The notes beneath the pieces are model-generated. The model was given only the letters and a program-made list of their open reading frames with translations. It was not told the origin of the DNA and did not search any database. From the NCBI RefSeq assembly GCF_964204645.1, contig NC_134030.1, positions 8,041,122 to 8,105,121 on the forward strand: 64,000 nucleotides of DNA, in the 5' to 3' direction. Position numbers and translations under genes: made by a program. This document shows, in pieces, positions 10,701-22,326 of this stretch. Every line of letters begins with the position of its first letter. Position 1 is the first letter of the stretch. Origin of the DNA: Tubulanus polymorphus. Taxonomy: Eukaryota > Animalia > Nemertea.

Positions 10701-13700
10701 ATGAACCATCTTACAGCTATCAGTGGTCATTTTGTTGCATATGCAGATCATGCGAAACTGGGTGCTCTTACCTTTCAGCAGTTGAAACCATAGGCATCAC
10801 AGCCGTCACCGGACTGTGGTGATTTTCATCGTTTAACACACCAGCTGCAATACAAAAAAACAATTCATCAAAAATTCCAAAAATGAACTGGTCTTTGTTC
10901 ACCTGATTACCTATAATCGAAGTCTTGATTTTTCATCGTGAATGTTTGAAACACGACAATAATGAGCAGTCCATGCGCAATCATATACACATGACTTTTT
11001 CATTAAAGGAGTGTCTGTGAAGAGTGTAATTATTTCGTTTACCTGTACTGTACGTCGGGTATCGTAAAACCCATTCTTCATCGTTTGAGTTCATGCGGCG
11101 GTGATTCGACGCCGACTCCCTGAGATCCCACACCACAACGCAACCATCTCTCTGAAAAACAATTCAATGTACAACATCGCTATATTAAAATCGGACCGAC
11201 AAGTCAAAGGTGAGAAGTATGAATTCAGAGATTCTAATTTTCAGGGCTGTCAAAATACTTCACAGCCAAGGCTAAATCTATATGGGGGTCAATACCAGCC
11301 CTCTACTAAGAATATTAACCATACTATAAAATCAGAATCTACCTTACTCAGTACTGCATAAGTTGGGGCTTTTAACTAAAATTCATTTGGAAAAACCTTC
11401 TATTTCCCTAGTTCTCAACTGGTTATTCGGTCATATGATTATTATTCGGGAACTGTATGTATGTATGTATGACCACGCAGTAGTTATATCTTACTTATTA
11501 CTGAAATACCTGCTGCTAAAATATATAGTCACATCATCTCCAATCAGTATACTCACCATTCCAGCAAATACTAAATTTGCTTTATTAGGACTAAAACAGC
11601 AGCACACGGGTTCAGCATTACACAGTAAAACCCTGAAAATGGATTGAAACAAGAGTTTGTATTAAAACATTCGTTTTAGCCTGATTTCACGTCAGTCTAA
11701 ACCTGTAACCGATGCGAAAATTTACTAACTTCTGAGGCCTGGACGGTTCGTTAATATTCCACACACAAATTACTCCACTATGGCACACGATATCAGCATT
11801 TGATGCCTGAAATATGACCATCTCGATAAATGTGGCGCGTTGCAAGACAAACTTTTCACCCAAAAAAATGACCTCACAAGTTTACCTGATCAGATCTTGA
11901 ATGGACAGTTAATATTAGATAAGTCTGTACAGGGGAAAATACGCTATAAATCACAGGACGGCCTGGAAAATAATATCAACGTAGAAAATTATGGTAAAAG
12001 TAGCAGATGTTTGACAGTGAAAAATGCGCGATATAAGGGATACTTACTTTTTAGGAAGTCGGGTATAACGAGGTTTAGGAAGCTTTCGCTGAAACTGACG
12101 CTGGACTGATTGCTTCCTTTGATATCAGCGAGTTTTTTTTCCGCGAGTTGTTCTTCCAGCAATATAGCCATTGTCTGAAAAATGTTCACATGCCGCTTGT
12201 AAATAAGCCTTCGCAGTTGGTAATACACAGAATTCAGTTAAAGAAAAGCAATAAAATGTGTGTTAATCTGTTCTGTACATATTACAGGTCCCCAAGTTTG
12301 ATACTCGGTGTTCAGGTACAGCCTTCCTGCCTGAATAGACTGCATTCAACAACGAAATAATCCGAAATAATAATATACGTATTGCTATATATGAAGTAGA
12401 ACTTCCTTCCCTCGGAATCTTAGGGAGAAGAACTTTTTATCCGAGTTAAGCTAAGTGATATTCTGGGAGCTGAACGAAGTAAATTCATTGAAAACGTAGT
12501 ACTTCTCTACATGGGAGCCAGCACTGCAAACTACATAGGATATGTACCTGTCCAGCCATATTGATGAAATCTCCTAGTCTGCTTGTATCTATTTCATTTC
12601 GGCCTTTACTCTGACCAGAATTCTCATCACAGCCTTCGCCTGAAATCAATGTTTTGTTCTCATAAAGTCAAGATTACACTAAATCGGACAAACGCAACCG
12701 ATATATACCTCCACAAGCAATGAATTCTTCTGATGGATGTTGAGACCATTTCTCTTTCGTTTCGATGACTTCAGTTTGAATATCGCGTTCGATGTTGTCC
12801 TCATTTGTTTGGACGTACACCTAAAATCCCGTACAAAAATTTCAAATTTCAAAAATACTTATCAAACATCTCACAAGTAAAAAAAAACAACCAATTCCAA
12901 AATGACTCAATCTAATCCATAACTTTTAACCTCAAGTGGGTGGTTTGAGTTTCAGAAGAACGGTTTATTTGCCTGCATTATGAAAAAGCAAGGCTCTATA
13001 TTCGGTAGGTCATCTATCATGAACTTTAAACTGACCTGTTGAGTATTTGAGCGGCCAAAGTTCATAATATACATTTCATATTCCTTCACCGGTGGCAATT
13101 CGAATATTTCATAACTAGCGATGTCGAGATCGATAAGCTTCGAAAGTTCTTTGTACCGTCGTTGAGTTTTACTCGCTGCTTGTTGACTCATTTCGCGTTG
13201 TTTCGCCGAGACAAAATTGATGAACGTTCGACCGCTGGCACCGGCTGATGATTTATCGCGAGATTTTTGCCGCGAATCTCTGCTTTCCCTCTGAAATTCG
13301 GAGAAAAAAAGTTCATCTTCGACACTGTAAATTTCACCGTATGATACATACAAAATGTTGTGTATCCCAATTTGTCTATGCGAAACGACGTTCAACTATA
13401 CAAGGTTAAGCTAGAAGGGCCACCAATCCTTTAGAGCGATGGACCTGTGCTAAAGTGTCGTTAGAAAATGGGTCATTATCGAGCAACAAAATGAGGCGAA
13501 TTTATCGAAATGCACCTAATTCGAGGTACACTACTCAATTTCGAGTATCCGCTGTGGAAAAATGAGTTATACACTGGTAGTCGACAGGTTACTCAGAATT
13601 GAGTTTGCTTCGATAAATTCGCCTGTGATGCGACTTACGGTACAACTGACAGACGGATCACTTTTAGATGGAACTAACAAACGTTCGTTCTCTTCTTGCA

Positions 13701-16700
13701 TGGCATACAGCATTTCAGCCATTTCTTTATGTTCCTACAATTATTAGCATTAAGCGAGTGCTGTTATATCTGTGTAGCGCAACTGAGCAAATCAAATCTC
13801 CCAAATATTGTTCTTTAAATCAACACGCAATATTACTGATTAGTAGATGTGTCGGCCTCGGTATTTTACATCGAGGCAGGTTTCGATTGTAAAATGTATT
13901 TGGGTGTATCCGAATTACAAGTGGTCTAGCAGCCTAATTTGGGTGCTCAATCGAAACCTACCTTAAAAAGAATACCGGTAACTCTGACTCTATAGAAAAA
14001 CAGCTTTTACATTTTTCAAAAAATAAATCAAGAGACGTTACGAGACTTTGGTCTTTACTCTGAATTGATAGACATGTCAGTGTGAAAGAGCATTTTAGTG
14101 GTGTTGAATAATTGATTGAATTTTAGATTCCCTTTTTGGTCGTAGATCATGCACGTATCAAATGCGAAACGAACGCTAAATACACGTGTATCATTCAACG
14201 CAAGATCAAAAGTTTTACTGGATTAATAATAATCTCATTCAGGTGTTAAAAAGGATTAAATAACGACACTAAAGACTGAAATTATGAAAATGTGCTGTGA
14301 ACCCTAAGAGAAGTAGTGTTAGTTATATACGAATTAAGATAATTACAGGATTCGCCTCATCCCAATCGTACGATTTACGTATTGTTTTAATGACATCGCC
14401 CGAACGTTCGCTTTCTTCGGTATCGCCGGTTTCATCGTCATCGTTCTTTCCTTCATCATCCCCATCATCCTATGCATTAACATTGACAGCGTGTACGTAT
14501 ACATATTTAAGTCACAACATGTGTAAGTTATACATGGGTATCATGTCCCTACTTGGAATTGTGAATATACCATGGTCTAGGAACATATTGGTATCAAACA
14601 GTGGAACCTTGTTACAATGAACTCATATACACTGTACAACGATTCATTGGATATAAAAAACATAGAATTTTGTCCAAAATAAGACAATTTGATTAATTTC
14701 ATACTGGATGTAACAAACTATCGGTTATAACGAACATATTTTCTGGTCTCATGAAGTTCGCTGTAACGAGGTTCCACTGTGATTAACTTCAACAGCCCAC
14801 ATAACCTTATCAACTTACAGGTATCGTTCTGCAGCCTGGAACCACCAACACATTACATCTGGATATGGACTCGAGACTTAAACTTGTTTTGGAGTCCATG
14901 ATCTGGATGATTACCTATGAAATTGTCTTGATTGAATGACTAAAATCTGGCATATAGGCTATGACGTAGCCAACAGTTTGTCAATTATTAATTTCAAATG
15001 ATTTGGGTCAAGTCCAGAAAATATTAAATATCGGCGATCAAAAGCATCGAATAAACGAGGCTGCAGAACCTGCCAATTCCAAGGACAGACATGAAAATAA
15101 AATACACAGCCATGCACCATACAATGTATGCCAATATGACAAAACATTGCCATATAACAGTTAACAAGTCTGTATATTCACACAAAAATATCAAAAGTTC
15201 TCATCGCATGCATACAGAAATAAGAGATAAATCCATGCAATGGATATGATAGACGATAGACATTACGTAAACAAGCAGATGAAAAATCTCAATTGAAACC
15301 GCATGAACAAATACTGAAGACCTTACTAAGTACTTACATCCGCTTCACTCTCGAAATCATCCTCATAATCCTGAAAAATTTTTCAAATATCAATTACTAT
15401 CAACAAATACATGTAAGGTAGTTCCCATGCGCAATTTTCTTGTCAATTCCACCACCTACCTCAAAATCATCTTCATAATCATTGTAGCCATTCTCTTCTG
15501 TCTCTTGGACAGCCTCGATTTTCTTGACTTCCTTTGTTTCTTCGATCTTACTCTTCGACGACGATGAACTTTTTTCTTTTTCTCGGTCCTTCCTGCGTTC
15601 TCGGTTGTCATGACGTTCCCCGCGGTCTTTTCGGTCTTTCCCATCTCGATCTCGCTTGGAATCCCGCTAAAATAAAGACTTAAGTGATACAAAGGGCATT
15701 CTAGAATAGGAATAATAAACAAATATGGAATTTGTCTTTTTTGTCACGCATACCTCTTTCTTTTCCCGATCTTTTTCTTTATCACGACTGCTTCTTTTGT
15801 TGTGTTTCCTTTGTTCTTCCTGTCACAAAAAAGTCAATTAAAATTGAAATCAGTTGCAATAATTGATGAGAATTCTTCCCTTAATTACTGATTAGTTTCA
15901 TTAAAAATTTCATTAATTTCAAGTACAAGAAGTGCCTTGATTCACAAAGCTAATCAGGAAGGATTTCAAACGTTCTGACCACCAGAAAATCATCTATTCA
16001 AGTAAATATTCATTGTAGCTTTGTAAAACTAGGTCCAATGTGGCTAGCTATCAATTACAAATGAACAGATTACAAATATACGCAGAAGTGAAACCAAAGA
16101 GGAATTTTGTGGACACCAGAAGATTGTTACTTACACGAGGGTAGATTAGGAATGATATCAAAAAGGAAAGGTTACACAGAAATAATAAGTGCATATGAAA
16201 ACATTACCAGAAACCAGTCAATAAAAACAAGAAACACAAAAAGGAAGTCTTTTAGCAAAATGGAGAGAGGAGACGCCAAGGAACCGGTTAGCTAGAGAGG
16301 ATGATTTCCACAGTTACCTCCAGCTCATCATCATAATCCCCATTACGTGTAATATTCCTATCATCATTCGTTCCATCTTCTGTCCTCCTTTTTCGATCAC
16401 CTTCCTCATCGCCTCTGTGTTTTCGTCCGCTTTCGTTCCCGTCTTCAACGTCGCGATGTTTTCGACTCCGCTCGCGATCGTCCTCCGCATTCTCCTCATT
16501 CCTCCTTCTACGCCTCCGCCTATCCTCATCGACGTTATCAACATTATTTTCATCACTCACCTCGTCTTTCGATTTCACACGTCTTTTGTCGCCATCGCGC
16601 GTTTTGACAAAGTCATCGTCTTTGCTTCGGCGGTCGTCTTTATCCCGGCGGTGCTTTCGCTCGTTACGGTCCCGATCTTTGTCTCGATGGCGTTGATCCC

Positions 16701-18826
16701 GCTGAAAATAACGTACAAGATTCTCAATTCTTTCAATGCAGAACAAAATGGGTGAAGAGAATTCAAATCTTTTTTTTGATATCATCAATTAAATCTACTG
16801 ATAACAAAATGATACAGTAGACTCAACTCAACTCAATGGTAACGGGTCAACTGATATTCGTTGAAACACAGTAATCCACGCCCTACTTGGACATGGTCGG
16901 ACTTAAACCTACAGCCTTAAGCCCAAAAAACCTTTTTCTTTTTTTCGATGTTTTTTCTGATCCTTTACTCGGACTTTCGCTTAACACTGACCAATTTGGC
17001 CAGTCCCAGTTTTTCCGAACTTAGGCGAGGTTCAACTGTATTTCTATTATTCCAACTTACTTCGTAAACCATAAAAGTCGGTAGGTTTTGTACGGAAATC
17101 TTCTATTAAAAAAACATTCTATTTCCACAATTCTCAAATTGGTGAAACATTTCAGTCCCACACTTTCTAAGTAAGGAGGAGTTGACAGTGTATACCCTCA
17201 AACTCGTTGATGTTGCTTAGGACGAACAAATATTCCCAATCCATTAATGAATAATTAAGGCATTTACCTCGGAATCTTTATCACGATGTCGCCGTCGTCT
17301 CTACATAAAAATATATATATATATGTATGTATATTTCCATAAAAATTAGATAAGCCTAATTTAGAATAGATTGCTTGACAACCCTAATTGAAATGGTTAC
17401 CTCATCATCATCATCTCTGGAACGATGATGTTTTCTGTCCTCTTCGCCGTCCCGAGACCGATGATGACGCTCTTCTTCATCTTTCCTTCTTCTCCTTTCC
17501 TCTTTGTGACGCTTTTCCCTTTCCTCCTAGGAAAACAAAATTCGTCACTTAGGAAGTTTTAGATTCAACTAAAATCTTATTGACAGAGATTTTCAGGAAA
17601 TTGCGTAACCCATTGAAATATTTGATGCATAGAATACGGTAATTTCAACTTTAACACTTGAGTGAATTCACAAATTCTATATGATTTGTAATTGTTCTCT
17701 GCATACAGACTCATGATACCGTAACGTTACCTCAGTTTCATTTTTCGGTTTACGGCTGGCTTCTTTATCTCTGTGACGTTCCTTATCGCCTGAAGTCATA
17801 GAAATAACAAAACATGTCAAACTTTTTCAATAATTTACAGAAATATCTGAAGAATGATAAACATAGATATTTTGCATTAAACAACGAGACGTACCAGAAT
17901 CAGACTTTCGGGTTTTCTTCTCTTCGTTTCTAATCAGATCTTTTTTCGCCGATTCTCGACTTCCTTTGTCTTTGTCTTTTGAGCGTCTTTTATCTCCAGC
18001 CTCCTAGGAATATAATCAAACATGCTAGATAGGCCTACTAGGAGACAAGTGCTCGGGCTAGAATACTTCAAACGACAAATACATTGATACCATAATCAAG
18101 GCCTACCAACCTTCAATGATTTTTTCAGTTCCGCTTCATTCCATGTATCTTCTTTGCTTTTCTACAAATACATACACTTGTGAAATATCAATTGAGATTA
18201 CAGTTTGTTGATTTTGAGCACAGTTAATTTGGGTATAAGGGTTGGTTTGGATTCAGGGAGCTTTTGAATGATATGGGTTAAAGAGAATGGGATAAGGGTG
18301 GGGAATTGGTTTGGTATATCATTAGGCAGGTGATATTTTACCAATGCGGCATTATTCCTGCTATTGCTCATTTACCAATGGCCAGTTCTGATTGGCTAAT
18401 TCATAGAACGCATGCGCACAGAGGTACGTGAATGCAAGGAAGGAGTGGACATTCTGAACAGAGTTAAAGAAAATAGAGCGGATAGAGCAGTATTTGAACC
18501 CAGGCCAGCATATTGCTAGCATCTTTTCATTGAACAATTGAGGCTCATGGAATCCCGCTGAATGTTAACCATATCCTTTGGAGCGAGCAGGATTTTATTA
18601 TAAGGCCAACAAGATAGGCTCGACTGACGACAAGAAACAAGGTCAAGGCCTATGTGATGGCGATAAGGTCGAATACACTATTAATCCTGCGATAAATCAC
18701 ACGACTAAAACCTATCATCAGGTTGCATCATTCCGGGCACTACATGCATCGAATGTGTATGAATAAAATATATTTGGATTTGTATTGGATTTCCTATTTT
18801 GACGATAAACGTACTTTTTGCGGCAT
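7711..18826 (-). CDS. DYNC2I1: Cytoplasmic dynein-2 intermediate chain 1 (WDR60), spliced gene, 30 coding exons, about 1045 aa
   Basis: Hand-built exon chain, all GT..AG with consistent phase (5' to 3'): 18815-18826, 18111-18161, 17895-18003, 17731-17789, 17401-17526, 17268-17300, 16318-16701, 15754-15819, 15460-15666, 15338-15370, 14347-14469, 13639-13734, 13036-13290, 12709-12820, 12548-12639, 12048-12174, 11886-11962, 11730-11806, 11557-11632, 11043-11151, 10772-10844, 10577-10617, 10399-10463, 10179-10297, 9525-9673, 9381-9439, 8934-8979, 8444-8621, 8281-8353, 7711-7821 (TGA). Total 3138 nt. Motifs recognised from WDR60: N-terminal KSKEDTWNEAELKKSL, long R/D/K/E-rich region, YEDDFEDYEDDFE, LIDLD..FELPPVKEYEMYIMNFG, YVQTNEDNIERDIQTE, and WD40 repeats (ICVWNINEPSRPQK, VVVWDLRE, GLSFQLVSLEEAGFLHIW, LDFSPF, AGCDDGSIRLH, WSRSRPSVF). 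Boundaries of the low-complexity N-terminal exons are less certain than those of the WD exons. Confidence 0.95.
9067..9233. mobile_element. Intronic palindromic insertion with 13-bp target-site duplication
   Basis: TATCTAACTGTTA at 9054-9066 and 9234-9246. Internal inverted arms aataagataaaaacccac.atgtacaaattaaaagaatttaaaatcg (9101-9147) and its reverse complement (9188-9234). Confidence 0.75.
9975..10149. mobile_element. Tc1/mariner (pogo/Tigger-like) MITE in a WDR60 intron
   Basis: TIRs CAGTCAACCCCCGATATATCGCCC / GGGCGGTATATCGGGGGGTTGACTG, flanked by TA on both sides. Confidence 0.9.
13874..13963. mobile_element. Small inverted-repeat element in an intron
   Basis: 16-bp inverted termini aggcaggtttcgattg / caatcgaaacctacct. 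Confidence 0.5.
14599..14779. mobile_element. Tigger/pogo-like MITE in a WDR60 intron
   Basis: TIRs CAGTGGAACCTTGTTACAATGAAC / GTTCGCTGTAACGAGGTTCCACTG; the TA duplication has decayed. Confidence 0.8.
16815..17038. mobile_element. Decayed Tigger-like MITE
   Basis: TA-CAGTAGA at the left end and GGCGAGGTTCAACTG-TA at the right end; TIR match is poor. Confidence 0.4.
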
Positions 18827-18982
18827 ATTGGAACTGATTCACGAGTGATTTCTATTAAATTCTTCTAGTTCAACATCTAATTGAACCTAAAATGAATGTT
18901 AACTCGTCTGTAAAGACGTTTACGGTCCAAATTTGTGACTAAATAACTGTCAGAAATGCATAACGAAGGAATTTAGCGTTAT

Positions 18983-18996
18983 GTTGCCAAGGGAAA
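18983..18996. promoter_or_regulatory. Candidate RFX X-box upstream of WDR60
   Basis: GTTGCCAAGGGAAA: perfect GTTGCC half-site and imperfect second half, about 160 bp upstream of the ATG. Metazoan ciliary/IFT genes typically have proximal X-boxes. Confidence 0.5.
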
Positions 18997-19239
18997 ATGT
19001 AACATGTCACTCGATCGAAAATTGGGCCAATTCAAAACAAATATAATTTGTTTATAATAAAAAACAAATTTGCCAAATTTCAACATTTTTTCTGTTCTAG
19101 ATATTAATGAAAGGCTTGAAACGAGCCCTGGGCTGCTCAGGACGCCATCGGTACGCGCGCTTCATAGTCAGTCAGGCCGGTCAGCAATTGGTGCCCGAGT
19201 CGTCATGGGTATAGACTGGTTGCCGGTCTCTACCTTCAC

Positions 19240-21495
19240 AAAAATAATGTTTAGAAATAGATAAGTAAAATACAAAACGGTCAAAGTCTCTGAAACTTTC
19301 AGAGAAGATAGACCTAAACAAGAGCTACAGCCCAGTATATAGTTGTTGTCCGGTACAAGGGCTCCTGGGGGTCTAATCTACGCCCAAAACCCAAAAATAT
19401 CAATAATAATGTTTAGAAATTAATAAGTAAAATACAAAACGGTCAAAGTCTCTGAAACTTTCAGAGAAGATAGAACTATTCAAGAGCTACAGTCCAGTAT
19501 ATAGTTGTTACCCGGTGCAAGGGCTCCTTGGGGGTCTAATTGACGCCCAAAGACCCCAAAATATCAATAACAATGTTTAGAAATCAATAAGTAAAATACA
19601 AAACGGTCAAAGTCTCTGAAACTTTAAGAGAAAATAGACCTAAACACGAGCTACAGCCCAATGTATAGTTGTTGCCCGGTGCAAGGGCTCCTTGGGGTCT
19701 AATCTACGCCCAAAACCTCAAAATATCAAAAATAATGTTTAGAAATTAATAAGTAAAATACAAAACGGCCAAAGTCTCTGAAACTTTCAGAGAAGATAGA
19801 ACTATTCAAGAGCTACAGTCCAGTATATAGTTGTTGCCCAATGGAAGGGCTCCTCGGGGGTCTAATTGACGCCCAAAGACCCTAAAATATCAATAATAAT
19901 CTCTAGAAATAAATAAGTAAAATACAAAGCTGTCAAAGTCTCTGAAACTTTCAGAGAAGGTAGAACTAGTCGAGAGCTACAGCCCAGTTATAGTTGTTGC
20001 CCGGTGCAAGGGCTCCTTGGGGGTCTAAATGACGCCCAAAGACCCCAAAATATCAATAACAATGTTTAGAAATCAATAAGTAAAATACAAAACGGTCAAA
20101 GTCTCTGAAACTTTCAGAGAAAATAGACCTAAACACGAGCTACAGCCCAGTGTATAGTTGTTGCCCGGTGCAAGGGCTCCTTGGGGTCTAATCTACGCCC
20201 AAAACCTCAAAATATCAAAAATAATGTTTAGAAATTAATAAGTAAAATACAAAACGGCCAAAGTCTCTGAAACTTTCAGAGAAGATAGAACTATTCGAGA
20301 GCTACAGTCCAGTATATAGTTGTTGCCCAATGGAAGGGCTCCTCGGGGGTCTAATTGACGCCCAAAGACCCTAAAATATCAATAATAATCTCTAGAAATA
20401 AATAAGTAAAATACAAAACTGTCAAAGTCTCTGAAACTTTCAGAGAAGGTAGAACTAGTCGAGAGCTACAGCCCAGTGTATAGTTGTTGCCCGGTGCAAG
20501 GGCTCCTTGGGGGTCTAAATGACGCCCAAAGACCCCAAAATATCAATAATAATGTTTAGAAATAGATAGGTAAAATACAAAACGGTAAAAGTCTCTGAAT
20601 CTATCAGAGAAGATAGACCTAAACAAGCGATACAGCCCAGTATATAGTTGTTGCCCGGTGCAAGGGCTCCTTGGGGGTCTAATAGACGCCCAAAACCCCA
20701 AAATATCAAAAATAATGTTTAGAAATCAATAAGTAAAATACAAAACGGTCAAAGTCTCTGAAACTTTCAGAGAAAATAGACCTAAACACGAGCTACAGCC
20801 CAATGTATAGTTGTTGCCCGGTGCAAGGGCTCCTTGGGGTCTAATCTACGCCCAAAACCTCAAAATATCAAAAATAATGTTTAGAAATTAATAAGTAAAA
20901 TACAAAACGGCCAAAGTCTCTGAAACTTTCAGAGAAGATAGAACTATTCGAGAGCTACAGTCCAGTATATAGTTGTTGCCCAATGGAAGGGCTCCTCGGG
21001 GGTCTAATTGACGCCCAAAGACCCTAAAATATCAATAATAATCTCTAGAAATAAATAAGTAAAATACAAAACTGTCAAAGTCTCTGAAACTTTCAGAGAA
21101 GGTAGAACTAGTCGAGAGCTACAGCCCAGTGTATAGTTGTTGCCCGGTGCAAGGGCTCCTTGGGGGTCTAAATGACGCCCAAAGACCCCAAAATATCAAT
21201 AATAATGTTTAGAAATAGATAGGTAAAATACAAAACGGTAAAAGTCTCTGAATCTATCAGAGAAGATAGACCTAAACAAGCGATACAGCCCAGTATATAG
21301 TTGTTGCCCGGTGCAAGGGCTCCTTGGGGGTCTAATAGACGCCCAAAACCCCAAAATATCAAAAATAATGTTTAGAAATTAATAAGTAAAATACAAAACG
21401 GTCAAAGTCTCTGAAACTTTCAGAGACGATAGACCTAAACAAGAGCTACAGCCCAGTATATAATTGTTGCCCGGTGCAAGGGCTCCTTGGGGGCT
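19240..21495. repeat. Tandem array of 14 x ~163-bp units with 3-mer/4-mer higher-order structure
   Basis: gtaaaatacaaa recurs at about 19265, 19427, 19591, 19753 ... 21386. Two identical spurious ORFs lie 653 bp (4 units) apart. Most units carry the hairpin tctctgaaa-c-tttcagaga. Confidence 0.97.
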
Positions 21496-21899
21496 CCGAA
21501 GTGAAGACTTTGTTACGTCGTATAATATTTTTACCACAATGAAATTGACTGCTAATGTCCAGTGTCACGTTCAGAATAATAAATTAATCAAACAAATTGC
21601 TAGTGTCGTGGCCTCTGCTGCATGGCTGGTTCAGTTCAGTATGTCAGTGACAGTAGAGATTGGTTTATCCATCTCAAGTTCGTTGGTGTCGATTGACGAC
21701 GGTTCCTTCAAGCAGAGTAGATTTAGACGGCGCTGTAACGGAGACATCCTGAATTGTATATCGATATTTTCGAAGCCACACGTAGTACAGGTGCCCGCAG
21801 ATATCTGATAGTGTTTTTCGAGTTTCTTTCTTCATTGGTGAAAAAATCGACTTTTAAGCGGTCCATGGAACGTAAACCGAGACACTTCGAGGCCAAATT

Positions 21900-22110
21900 C
21901 GGTTTTCGTATCTAGTCGACTAGTGGTCGGAACTAATAACCGAATGCGCTTGATTTTCGAACTTTTCCGGAATATAGTTCCGACTAACGAACATTCGGTT
22001 TCGTTTAGTTCGACTATAGTCGACTAACTCGGATAACCGGTGGCCCTGGGTTCGTGAAAATGATTCACGGGCCGGCCGTGAAAAGGCCGTTAATTTTATT
22101 ACAGGGCAGT
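21900..22110. mobile_element. Abutting DNA-transposon/MITE fragments
   Basis: Reiterated tcgacta/tagtcga motifs ending in cggataaccggtggccctgg, followed by a second terminus-like block ending tattacagggcagt. Confidence 0.35.
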
Positions 22111-22119
22111 GAAATGGGG

Positions 22120-22326
22120 GTGTTACTAAAAATTATGCGCTACTAAAACGAAGACCTATGTACTTTGGGGTATTAGAACTATGCATGACTAAAAAGAAGT
22201 ACGAAGATACTCGAAATCATCACTTGGGGCGCTCTGTACCACCTCTGCCGGAAACGTAAATTGCCTGGTCGGTTTTCTCGGGTGCATAAAGTCTTCGTTT
22301 TTAGTAGTGCTTCGTTTAAGTAACAC
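22120..22326. mobile_element. MITE with imperfect terminal inverted repeats
   Basis: gtgttactaaaa..ctactaaaacgaagac / gtcttcgtttttagtag..taagtaacac. Confidence 0.65.

Noticed and set aside
20515-21362. Two identical 64-aa ORFs
   Set aside because: Products of the 653-bp higher-order duplication in the 163-bp array.
21464-21840. 114-aa + strand ORF and a CTTC-containing minus-strand frame
   Set aside because: No recognisable domain; the + ORF starts at a non-ATG codon inside the repeat; no convincing splice sites.
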